Shown piece after piece: positions 7,348-15,210 of a stretch of 24,000 bases of DNA. Source of the DNA: Maliibacterium massiliense. GTDB lineage: Bacteria; Bacillota; Clostridia; Christensenellales; Maliibacteriaceae. Made by a program: the position numbers and the translations under genes. The notes beneath the pieces were generated by a model. It saw only the letters and a list, made by a program, of their open reading frames with translations. It did not search any database and was not told the origin of the DNA. The DNA is taken from assembly GCA_900604345.1 (NCBI GenBank), contig LR026983.1:2380882-2404881 (forward strand), read 5' to 3'. Position 1 is the first letter of the stretch, and every line of letters starts with the position of its first letter.

Positions 7348-8331
7348 GTGCAATCGATCTTTTTAGGGTTTGATACTAGCTGCTACACCACATCGGTGGC
7401 GGCGGTGGACGCCTCGGGCCAGTGGTGCCGGCAGCAGCGCAAGCTGCTGCCCGTAGCCCGGGGGGAACGCGGCCTGCAGCAGAGTAAAGCCGTGTTTTTG
7501 CATATCGCACAGCTGCCGGATCTCTTCCGGCAGCTTTTGTCCGCTCTTCCGCAGGGCGCGAAGGTACAGGCAGTGTGCGTCTCGTCGCGGCCCCGCCCGC
7601 TGGAGGGTTCCTACATGCCGGTTTTCTTGGCGGGCGTCAGCCATGCACGCATGGTGGCCGACGCGTTGGGCGTGCCGCTGTACGAGACATCGCATCAGGA
7701 GGGGCACCTGCGCGCGGGCCTCTACACAGCCGGTGGGCCGGAGGCGGACGCTTTTCTTGCAATCCATCTGTCGGGCGGCACAAGCGAGCTGCTGCGCGCG
7801 ACGCGCGCGGAGGACGGCGGTTTTTGCATAACGCTTTTGGGCGGTACGCTCGATGCGAGCGCGGGCCAGCTGATCGACCGCGTGGGCGTGGCGCTGGGGC
7901 TGCCCTTTCCGGCGGGGCCGCACCTGGAGAAGCTGGCGCAGGTCTGCGAAAGCGAGCATCCGGACATCCCCGCATCGGTCAAGGGGCTCGACTGCAGCTT
8001 CTCGGGCGCGGAATCCTGCGCGATGCGCATGATCCAATCGGGCGCGCCGCCCGAGGTGGTAGCAAATGCGGCGTTTTCGCTCGTGACGCGCACGCTGGAA
8101 AAGTGGATCACCAATGCGGTGCGGGAGACTGGCCTGCAAGAGGTGCTGCTGGTGGGCGGGGTGTCCTCCAGCGCGCATATACGGGCGCATCTGCGCGCGC
8201 GCCTGCAGAAAAAGGGCGTGCGCGCAAAGCTGTACTTCGCATCGCCCGCGCTCTCCAGCGACAACGCGGCGGGCGTGGCGCTGCTGGGGCGGGACAGGCA
8301 CTTGCAACAAAATACACATGAGGTGAAATGA
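7348..8331 (+). CDS. Kae1/TsaD (glycoprotease, peptidase M22) family protein, divergent
   Basis: GTG 7348 is 11 nt after AAGGAG. N-terminal [13 protein letters not shown] (compare GIETSCDET of TsaD), HQEGH metal motif (compare HMEGH), C-terminal [13 protein letters not shown] and SSDNAAGVA (compare GGVAAN, TDNAAM). The 7144 ORF start would overlap nusB by about 200 nt and is rejected. Confidence 0.7.
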   Translation: MQSIFLGFDTSCYTTSVAAVDASGQWCRQQRKLLPVARGERGLQQSKAVFLHIAQLPDLFRQLLSALPQGAKVQAVCVSSRPRPLEGSYMPVFLAGVSHARMVADALGVPLYETSHQEGHLRAGLYTAGGPEADAFLAIHLSGGTSELLRATRAEDGGFCITLLGGTLDASAGQLIDRVGVALGLPFPAGPHLEKLAQVCESEHPDIPASVKGLDCSFSGAESCAMRMIQSGAPPEVVANAAFSLVTRTLEKWITNAVRETGLQEVLLVGGVSSSAHIRAHLRARLQKKGVRAKLYFASPALSSDNAAGVALLGRDRHLQQNTHEVK

Positions 8332-8333
8332 TT

Positions 8334-9200
8334 ATGGCGGCAACGATATTGGATGGAAAGGCGATCGCGCAGCGCACGCGGGAGCAGCTTGCGCTGCGCG
8401 TGGCAGACTTCAGGGCGCAGCACGGCTACGCGCCGGGGCTGGTGGTGATCCTGGTGGGGGAGGATCCCGCCTCGCAGGTTTATGTGCGCAACAAGCACCG
8501 CGCCTGCCAGGAGGTGGGCATGCGCTCCATCGTGGAGACGCTTGCGGAAACGACTACACAGGAGGCGCTACTGGCGATGGTGGCGCGCTACAACGCCGAT
8601 GCGGATATCCACGGCATCCTTGTGCAGATGCCGCTGCCCAGGCATATCGACGAAAAGGCCGTGATCAACGCCATCTCGCCGCAAAAGGACGTCGATGGTT
8701 TTCACCCCATGAGCGCGGGCGCGCTGATGGTGGGCGAACAGGGTTTTGTGCCCTGCACGCCGCGGGGTGTCATCACGCTCATTGAGCAAGCTGGCGTGGA
8801 CATCGCGGGCAAACACGCGGTGGTGGTGGGCCGCAGCAACATCGTGGGCAAGCCGGTGGCCATGCTGCTGCTGCAGCGCCACGCCACGGTGACGATCTGC
8901 CATTCGCGCACGCAGGATTTGGGCAGCATTACGCGCCAGGCGGATATCCTGGTGGCGGCGGTGGGCCGGCCCCAGATGATCCGCGGGGATATGATCAAAC
9001 CCGGCGCGGTGGTTATCGATGTGGGCATCAACCGCGTGCCGGGCAGCAAAAAGCTCTACGGCGACGTGGCCTTTGACGAGGCGGTGGAAGTGGCGGGCGC
9101 CATCACGCCCGTGCCCGGCGGGGTGGGGCCCATGACCATCGCCATGCTGCTGCATAACACGCTTGACGCGGCGCTGATGGCCGCGCAGGCGCGCAAGTGA
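8334..9200 (+). CDS. folD: Bifunctional 5,10-methylene-tetrahydrofolate dehydrogenase / methenyl-THF cyclohydrolase FolD
   Basis: [12 protein letters not shown]...[14 protein letters not shown]...[10 protein letters not shown]...GFHP...PCTP...[12 protein letters not shown]...[16 protein letters not shown]. Textbook FolD. An in-frame ATG at 8328 overlaps the upstream stop, but 8334 is better spaced from GAGGTGA. Confidence 0.95.
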   Translation: MAATILDGKAIAQRTREQLALRVADFRAQHGYAPGLVVILVGEDPASQVYVRNKHRACQEVGMRSIVETLAETTTQEALLAMVARYNADADIHGILVQMPLPRHIDEKAVINAISPQKDVDGFHPMSAGALMVGEQGFVPCTPRGVITLIEQAGVDIAGKHAVVVGRSNIVGKPVAMLLLQRHATVTICHSRTQDLGSITRQADILVAAVGRPQMIRGDMIKPGAVVIDVGINRVPGSKKLYGDVAFDEAVEVAGAITPVPGGVGPMTIAMLLHNTLDAALMAAQARK

Positions 9201-10417
9201 ACCGCATGAACGAACTGTTTTTTTCCGTATCCCAGCTCAATGAATACGTGCGCTCCATGCTGCAGATGGACCCGGTGCTGCAGCACGTGCTGCTCTCGGG
9301 GGAGATATCCAACTACCGGCGCTACCCATCGGGGCACGCGTATTTTTCGCTGAAGGATCAATCAAGCGCCATCGCCTGCGTGATGTTCAACCAGCAGCTT
9401 TCCCAGCTTGACTTTGCCCCTGCAAACGGCCAGATGGTGGAGGCGGGCGGCAACGTATCGATCTACGTCAAGGAGGGGCGCTACCAGTTCTATGTGCGCG
9501 ACATGCGCCCGGCGGGCGTGGGCGCCCTCTATATGGCGTACGAGGCGCTGAAAAAGAAGCTGGAGGCGCAGGGCCTCTTTGACCAGGCGCGCAAAAAACC
9601 CATCCCGTTTCTGCCCCGGTGCGTGGGCGTGGTCACCAGCGCCCAGGGCGCCGCGGTGCGCGATATCATCCGTGTGTGCACGCGCCGCTTCCCTGGCATC
9701 GCGCTGCGCGTGATGCCCGTGCCCGTGCAGGGCGCGCAGGCCGCGGCAGATATTGCCCGGGGCATACGCGATTTGGATACCTGGGGCGGGTGCGACGTGA
9801 TGATCGTGGGGCGCGGCGGCGGATCGCTGGAGGATCTGTGGGCGTTCAACACGGAGGCTGTGGCCCTGGCCATCGCGCAATGCAACACGCCTGTGATCTC
9901 TGCGGTGGGGCATGAAACCGATACCACCATCGCGGACTTGGTGGCGGACCTGCGCGCGGCCACGCCGTCGGCGGCGGCGGAGCAGGCGGTGCCCATGAAG
10001 GACGAGCTGCTGGAATCCATTGACAGCGCCGCGGCGCATATGGGCCGGCTGGTGCACCATACAATAACGCTGCAAGGGACCAAGCTGCGCGCGCTTCTGG
10101 CAAGCCGCGCGCTAGCCTCGCCGGCGGGGTTGGTGGCGGCGCGCGCCTCCGAGCTCTCAACCCTTGCCGCGCGCATGGATGGGGTAGTGCAGAAAAAACT
10201 GGAGGGAGCGTCGCACGCGCTTGCGCTTTCCAGCGCCAAGCTTGCCGCGCTCAACCCCGATACGGTGCTTGCGCGCGGCTTTGCGCGGGTGCAGGACGCG
10301 CAGAGCGGACGCACCATCGTCTCGGCGGCCCAGGCGACGAAAGAAACGACCCTGCGCATTTTTTGGCAGGACGGCGCGCGCACGGCGCGCGTGACGGATG
10401 AGGAGGGCATGCACTAA
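9197..10417 (+). CDS. xseA: Exodeoxyribonuclease VII large subunit XseA
   Basis: [14 protein letters not shown]...[20 protein letters not shown] (OB fold), [61 protein letters not shown] 9197 overlaps the folD stop. An alternative ATG is at 9206. Confidence 0.95.
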   Translation: MNRMNELFFSVSQLNEYVRSMLQMDPVLQHVLLSGEISNYRRYPSGHAYFSLKDQSSAIACVMFNQQLSQLDFAPANGQMVEAGGNVSIYVKEGRYQFYVRDMRPAGVGALYMAYEALKKKLEAQGLFDQARKKPIPFLPRCVGVVTSAQGAAVRDIIRVCTRRFPGIALRVMPVPVQGAQAAADIARGIRDLDTWGGCDVMIVGRGGGSLEDLWAFNTEAVALAIAQCNTPVISAVGHETDTTIADLVADLRAATPSAAAEQAVPMKDELLESIDSAAAHMGRLVHHTITLQGTKLRALLASRALASPAGLVAARASELSTLAARMDGVVQKKLEGASHALALSSAKLAALNPDTVLARGFARVQDAQSGRTIVSAAQATKETTLRIFWQDGARTARVTDEEGMH

Positions 10418-10657
10418 ATGGCGACGCGTGCAAAGGCAAAGACGTTTGAGGAGATGCTCCAGCAGTTGCAGGGCATCGTCGGGCAGCTGGAGAAGGGCGA
10501 GGTGACGCTGGAGCAGTCCGTCGCGCTTTATGAAGAGGGTATGGCGTGCGCCCAGGCGATGCAAAAGCTGCTGGAGGATGCAAAAGGACGGGTGGCCGTG
10601 CTGGAGAAACAGCAGGAAACGTGGGCGGAGCTGCCCATGCCGGAGCGTGTGGAATGA
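10418..10657 (+). CDS. xseB: Exodeoxyribonuclease VII small subunit XseB
   Basis: 79 aa: FEEMLQQLQGIVGQLEKGEVTLEQSVALYEEGMACAQAMQKLLEDA. Typical XseB, immediately after xseA. Confidence 0.9.
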   Translation: MATRAKAKTFEEMLQQLQGIVGQLEKGEVTLEQSVALYEEGMACAQAMQKLLEDAKGRVAVLEKQQETWAELPMPERVE

Positions 10658-11538
10658 GCCTGTTTGCGCAGCAGTATCAAACATACCTGGACAGGACGAA
10701 CCAGGCGCTCAGCCAGGCGCTCTGCGCGCGTAGCGACATCCCATCGCCCCTGCGCGAGGCGATGGGCTACAGCCTGGAGGCGGGAGGCAAGCGCATCCGG
10801 CCGGTGCTGCTGCTGGCCTGCTGCGATATCGCGGGGGGCGATACCGCGCGGGCGCTGCCCTTTGCCTGCGCGGTGGAGATGATCCACACCTACTCGCTGA
10901 TTCATGACGATCTGCCCTGCATGGACAACGACGATTTGCGCCGCGGCAGGCCCACCTGCCACAAGGTGTACGGCGAGGGCATGGCGCTGCTTGCGGGCGA
11001 CGGACTGCTCAACTTTGCCTACGAACACATGAGCGACGCGGTGGCGGCGGGCGTGCCGGGTGCAGCGCAGGCGCTGCGGGAGATCGCCTGCGGCGCGGGC
11101 GTGGGCGGCATGATCGCGGGCCAGTGCCTGGATTTGGCAAACGAGGGACGGGCAATGGACGGGGCCATGCTGCGCCGCATCCACAATGGCAAAACCGCTG
11201 CGCTGTTGACGGCGGCGTGCACGGCGGGCATGTGCCTGGCGGGCGCGGATGCGCGGCGCCTGGAAGCGGCGCGCGCTTACGGCAGGGCATTGGGCCTGGC
11301 CTTCCAGATCACGGACGATGTACTCGATGTGGCGGGCGACGCCGCGCATTTGGGCAAGCACACCGGCAAGGACGCCCAGAGCGGCAAGTTGACCTTTGTA
11401 AGCGTCTACGGCCTGGAGAAGGCGCGCGCGCTTGCGCGCGAGGCGGTGCAGGAGGCCGTCGGTGCGCTGCGCCCCTTCGGTGGGGACGCAATGTTCCTGT
11501 GCCAGATGGCGCAGTTCGTACTGGGGCGCGATCACTGA
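10654..11538 (+). CDS. ispA: (2E,6E)-farnesyl diphosphate synthase (short-chain polyprenyl synthase)
   Basis: ATG 10654 overlaps the xseB stop (ATGA). First Asp-rich motif LIHDDLPCMDNDDLRRG, second motif FQITDDVLD, and GKRIRP. The longer 10546 start lies inside xseB. Confidence 0.9.
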   Translation: MSLFAQQYQTYLDRTNQALSQALCARSDIPSPLREAMGYSLEAGGKRIRPVLLLACCDIAGGDTARALPFACAVEMIHTYSLIHDDLPCMDNDDLRRGRPTCHKVYGEGMALLAGDGLLNFAYEHMSDAVAAGVPGAAQALREIACGAGVGGMIAGQCLDLANEGRAMDGAMLRRIHNGKTAALLTAACTAGMCLAGADARRLEAARAYGRALGLAFQITDDVLDVAGDAAHLGKHTGKDAQSGKLTFVSVYGLEKARALAREAVQEAVGALRPFGGDAMFLCQMAQFVLGRDH

Positions 11539-11618
11539 TATCGTAAAGTAAAAGCGTGCGCGCACATCATTCTTACCGTTTCGTTCGCTGCTGCTAAAGC
11601 TACTAAAGGAGAATGCAC

Positions 11619-12068
11619 ATGTTGCCTGAGTGGATCAATCCTGTGTTGGTGCCGTCGCTGGTGGCCTGGTTTATCGCGCAGGTTTCCAAAATGATCGTCA
11701 TCGGCGTCAAGGAAAAGCGCATGGATTTTACCCGCATGGTGGGCTCTGGCGGCATGCCCTCCAGCCACTCGGCCACGGTGGTGGCCATGGCGGTCGCCTG
11801 CGGGCAGGTGGCGGGCTATAGCTCGGTGTCCTTCGGCATCGCCGCGGTGCTGGCCATCGTGGTGATGTACGACGCCTCGGGCGTGCGCCAGGCCGCGGGC
11901 AAGCAGGCCAAGGTGCTCAACGAGATCGTGGACACCATGTTTGAGAACGGCAATCTGTACGTCGCGCCGGAAAAATTAAAGGAATTGCTGGGGCATACGC
12001 GCGTGGAGGTGTTTGTGGGCGCGCTGTTGGGCGCGCTGGTCGCCCTGGTGATGACCTGGGGCCGCTGA
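11619..12068 (+). CDS. Divergent PAP2 / DUF212 (YuiD-like) membrane protein
   Basis: INPVLVPSLVAWFIAQVSKMI...GGMPSSHSATVVAMAVA...VMYDASGVRQAAGKQA...LKELLGHTRVEVFVGALLG is the acid-phosphatase/vanadium-haloperoxidase-related DUF212 pattern. ATG 11619 is 7 nt after AAAGGAG. ATG 11613 is too close to the SD. Confidence 0.75.
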   Translation: MLPEWINPVLVPSLVAWFIAQVSKMIVIGVKEKRMDFTRMVGSGGMPSSHSATVVAMAVACGQVAGYSSVSFGIAAVLAIVVMYDASGVRQAAGKQAKVLNEIVDTMFENGNLYVAPEKLKELLGHTRVEVFVGALLGALVALVMTWGR

Positions 12069-12094
12069 CAGCGCCGCAGGCGCGCCGGCGGCAT

Positions 12095-12123
12095 TTGTAT
12101 TGCCGCGCGGAGTATGGTAGTAT
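12095..12123 (+). promoter_or_regulatory. Sigma-A-like promoter (extended -10) upstream of the large non-coding locus
   Basis: TTGTAT (12095-12100), 17 nt, TGgTAGTAT (12115-12123). This would start transcription near 12129-12131, where the terminal helix of the RNA begins. Confidence 0.5.
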
Positions 12124-12128
12124 AGAGC

Positions 12129-12710
12129 AAGGTGGTACAGTATTCTAGTCGGCAAAACCGAGCTCTGAAGGCGGGCCTAAAAATCCGTCAAGGGCATATC
12201 GATGAAGTCCCTGGTGCTGGCATCTGACGCCCAGTCGGGGGTTGGTGCTGGGGGTTAAGGAAGAAGGGCGCCCCACAATGGCATGTGGATGATGACCCAG
12301 CTTCCGTGGAGGCCCAAGAGGGTGGCTTTTGTAAAAAGACTGCTACTGCTTGGTGTAAAACCTGTAATGCGGTGTCAAGCTGTGTACAGCGTAGCCTGCC
12401 TTGCGTGGCACTGGGGGATCACGGAACTACACCTATCATGTCTATGGCCTATGACGCTAGGTGATCGCTGTGAGAAACCTTTGCTGCAAAAGAGGCTAGG
12501 GGCCGGTTGCGTCGTCGAGGAAAGCTCCTAGACTGGCGTGCAGTTCGGGGATTATAGTGTGGTCTAAGTGGCAATCTAGTCAGACGTTTGAGTGATCGCG
12601 TCTCGCATGTGTTTCAAGGGAAACCGCTCCATCCGGCGACGGGGAGTACGCTGCGGGGAAATCCTACTAGACCTTAAGCCGCAAGGTTAACCTGAACTGC
12701 CACCACCTTT
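12129..12710 (+). ncRNA. ole: Large structured non-coding RNA, OLE (ornate, large, extremophilic) RNA-like
   Basis: 647-nt ORF-poor gap in a tightly packed operon with a local GC drop (29/60 G+C counted in 12541-12600). Terminal helix AAGGTGGTACAG (12129-12140) with CTG-CC-ACCACCTT (12697-12709). Hairpins at 12273-12288, 12379-12390, 12417-12466, 12582-12603 and 12671-12687. Long-range complementarity between 12227-12236 and 12531-12539. The synteny ispA-[RNA]-4TM DxxxD protein-dxs-tlyA matches the known OLE/oapA context. Boundaries are approximate and no covariance model was run. Confidence 0.7.
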
Positions 12711-12715
12711 TTATT

Positions 12716-13306
12716 ATGGAAAAAATACTGTTGATGGAGTGTGTTTGCACGTTGGCGCGTGACAAAAATGCAGGCCGGAGCAAAGCGGCACGATATTGGG
12801 TGCTCAAAACGGCGGTCATCACCTTTTTCTTGGCGATAGGTATGAGCTTGATTGGGGAGACGGTTCTCCAGCGCTTGAGCATACCCGTGGCCGTTTTTGT
12901 TTTACTTTTAATTATCGGCGTGGGCATCCTTTTTGACATCATCGGTATCGCCATCACCGCCACCACGGAGGCGCCCTTAAGCGCCATGGCCTCCCGCCGC
13001 ATCCGCGGCGCCAAACAGGCGGTGCGCCTGGTGAAAAATGCCGATATCATGGCCAACTTCTGCAACGACGTGGTGGGGGATATCTGCGGCATCGTATCGG
13101 GCGCGGCGGGCGCGGCGATATCCGGCCGGCTGATCCTGGGCGCAGATTCCACCACGGCGCTGATCGTGGGCATCGTGATAAGCGCGCTCATCGCGGTGAT
13201 GACCGTCTCGGGCAAGGCCATGGGCAAGCGCGTGGCCATGCGCTACAGCGCCGATATCGTGCTTGCCACCGGCAAGGTCATGAGCGTCTTTGCGCGCCGC
13301 GGATAA
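12716..13306 (+). CDS. oapA: OLE-associated protein A-like small 4-TM membrane protein with DxxxD motif
   Basis: 196 aa with four predicted TM helices (about residues 28-48, 56-82, 112-137, 146-166). DVVGD (D118-D122, nt 13067-13081) lies in TM3. Immediately downstream of the structured RNA and upstream of dxs, as described for oapA. No obvious SD before ATG 12716. An alternative ATG is at 12734. Confidence 0.7.
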   Translation: MEKILLMECVCTLARDKNAGRSKAARYWVLKTAVITFFLAIGMSLIGETVLQRLSIPVAVFVLLLIIGVGILFDIIGIAITATTEAPLSAMASRRIRGAKQAVRLVKNADIMANFCNDVVGDICGIVSGAAGAAISGRLILGADSTTALIVGIVISALIAVMTVSGKAMGKRVAMRYSADIVLATGKVMSVFARRG

Positions 13307-13332
13307 ACCTACCGCTAATTGGGAGCGTCTGC

Positions 13333-15210
13333 ATGAGTATACTGGAGAACATTGAACGGCCGAGCGACCTTCGGCGGTATAACGACACACAGCTGGCGCA
13401 GCTCTGTCAGGAGATCCGCGCCTTTATCATCCACTCCGTGTCCAAAACAGGGGGGCATTTGGCGTCCAATTTGGGCGCGGTGGAGCTGACGGTGGCGCTG
13501 CACGCGAGCTTTGAGGCGCCCAAAGATAAGATCGTATGGGACGTGGGCCACCAGAGCTACACCCATAAGATACTGACAGGCCGCAGGGACCGCATGGATA
13601 CCCTGCGCGCCAAGGGCGGGCTTTCCGGCTTCCCGCGGCCCAACGAGAGCGCATACGACACCTTTGCCACGGGGCATGCGAGCACCTCCATCTCCGCGGC
13701 GCTGGGCATGGCCCGCGCGCGCGATCTGTTGGGCAAAGACTTCAACGTGGTGGCGGTGCTGGGCGACGGCGCCTTTGGCGGCGGCCTGGTGTTTGAGGCG
13801 CTCAACGACGCGGGCAGCGGCGCCTCCCGCCTGATCGTGGTGCTCAACGACAACGATATGTCCATCGCGCCCAACGTGGGGGCGATGACCCGCTCGCTTG
13901 CGCGCATGCGCGTTAACCCCAAGTACATGGGCTTGAAGCGCTGGACCAAGAAAAAGGTGGAGGACCGTCCCGGCCTGGAGAGCTTTATGGATCGCTTCAA
14001 GGGCACGATCAAGTACGCGATGATGCCCGGTGCGTGGACGTTCTTTGAACAGCTGGATTTCTTCTACATCGGCCCGGTGGACGGCCACAACATCACACGG
14101 CTGAAGGAGGCCTTCTCCCAGGCGAAAAAGGTGGAGCAGCAGCCGGTGCTGGTGCATGTCATCACCCAAAAGGGACGCGGGTATACGGCGGCGGAGGAAA
14201 ACCCCAGCCGCTACCACGGCGTGCCCTCCTTTCAGGTAGAGACGGGCGCGGCAAAAAAGCAGGCCGCGCCCGGCGATCGTACGTTCCCGCAGAGCCTGGG
14301 GGACGCGCTGGTCAAGCTTGCGAAGGAAGATAGGCGCCTGGTGGCAATCACCGCCGCGATGCCCGATGCGACGGGCGTGAGCGCCTTTGCGCAGGCGTTC
14401 CCTGCGCGCGCGTTTAACGTGGGTATTGCCGAGGAGCACGCCGTCACCATGGCGGCGGGCATGGCGGCGCAGGGGCTGCGGCCGGTGGTGCCCATTTACT
14501 CCACTTTTTTGCAGCGCGCCTACGACGAGATCATCCACGACGTGTGCCTGCAGAACCTGCCAGTGATACTGGGGGTGGACCACGCGGGCATCGTGGGGGA
14601 GGATGGAGAGACACACCAGGGCATCTTTGATATCTCGTATCTGTACCACATCCCCAATATGACGATCCTCTCGCCCGCAAGTCCGCAGGAGATGGAGGGC
14701 GCGCTGCGCTACGCGCTGCATCTGGGCACGCCGGTAGCGATCCGATACCCCAAGGGAGGCTCCCCGCTTGTGCGCGCCACGCCCGCCGCAAGCCTTTTTG
14801 ACTGCGGATGGGAGCGCCTGCAGACGGGCGCGGATGTGGCGATATTGGCGGTGGGAACCATGGCCTATCAGGCGCTGGAGACGGCAAAGCTGCTCAAGGC
14901 GCAGGGCATCTCGTGCGCCGTCTATTCCGCGCGCCTGGTCAAGCCCATGGATGAGGCTGCGTTGCGCGCGGCCTGCGCGTGTCCGCTTGTGTGCACGCTG
15001 GAGGACAACATGTACACGGGTGGCTTTGGCTGGGCGGTGCGTGACAAGCTCTGCGCGCTGGGGCGCGCAGACGTGGCGCTGGAAATCATCGCCGCGCCGG
15101 AGGCGTTTTTGGCGCACGCCACGCGCGCGCAGTGGCTCGATATGCTGGGCCTGGTGCCGGAGAAACTCGCGCCCCGCATCGCGGCGCGCTGGAAGCAGGT
15201 GAAGGCGTGA
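13333..15210 (+). CDS. dxs: 1-deoxy-D-xylulose-5-phosphate synthase
   Basis: 625 aa: GGHLASNLGAVELTVALH, WDVGHQSYTHKILTGR, GHASTSISAALGMA, VLGDGAFGGGLVFEALN (ThDP motif), GIAEEHAVTMAAGMA. Canonical Dxs. Confidence 0.95.
   Translation: MSILENIERPSDLRRYNDTQLAQLCQEIRAFIIHSVSKTGGHLASNLGAVELTVALHASFEAPKDKIVWDVGHQSYTHKILTGRRDRMDTLRAKGGLSGFPRPNESAYDTFATGHASTSISAALGMARARDLLGKDFNVVAVLGDGAFGGGLVFEALNDAGSGASRLIVVLNDNDMSIAPNVGAMTRSLARMRVNPKYMGLKRWTKKKVEDRPGLESFMDRFKGTIKYAMMPGAWTFFEQLDFFYIGPVDGHNITRLKEAFSQAKKVEQQPVLVHVITQKGRGYTAAEENPSRYHGVPSFQVETGAAKKQAAPGDRTFPQSLGDALVKLAKEDRRLVAITAAMPDATGVSAFAQAFPARAFNVGIAEEHAVTMAAGMAAQGLRPVVPIYSTFLQRAYDEIIHDVCLQNLPVILGVDHAGIVGEDGETHQGIFDISYLYHIPNMTILSPASPQEMEGALRYALHLGTPVAIRYPKGGSPLVRATPAASLFDCGWERLQTGADVAILAVGTMAYQALETAKLLKAQGISCAVYSARLVKPMDEAALRAACACPLVCTLEDNMYTGGFGWAVRDKLCALGRADVALEIIAAPEAFLAHATRAQWLDMLGLVPEKLAPRIAARWKQVKA

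Noticed and set aside
11556-11565. Perfect 10-bp palindrome GTGCGCGCAC between ispA and the DUF212 gene
   Set aside because: Short GC-only palindromes are expected by chance in a genome of this GC content. It has no loop (so it is not a hairpin terminator) and no flanking motif suggesting an operator.
12283-12531. 82-aa plus-strand ORF inside the 12.1-12.7 kb gap
   Set aside because: It has no SD upstream and a Cys/Trp/Leu-rich composition with no recognisable domain. It spans several of the predicted RNA helices. It is better explained as a chance ORF within a structured RNA.
12069-12715. Alternative reading of the gap as a riboswitch, T-box or leader controlling oapA/dxs
   Set aside because: About 600 nt is far longer than known cis-regulatory leaders. 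I saw no terminator/antiterminator pair adjacent to the oapA start and no T-box or common riboswitch core sequences. The synteny fits the OLE class specifically.
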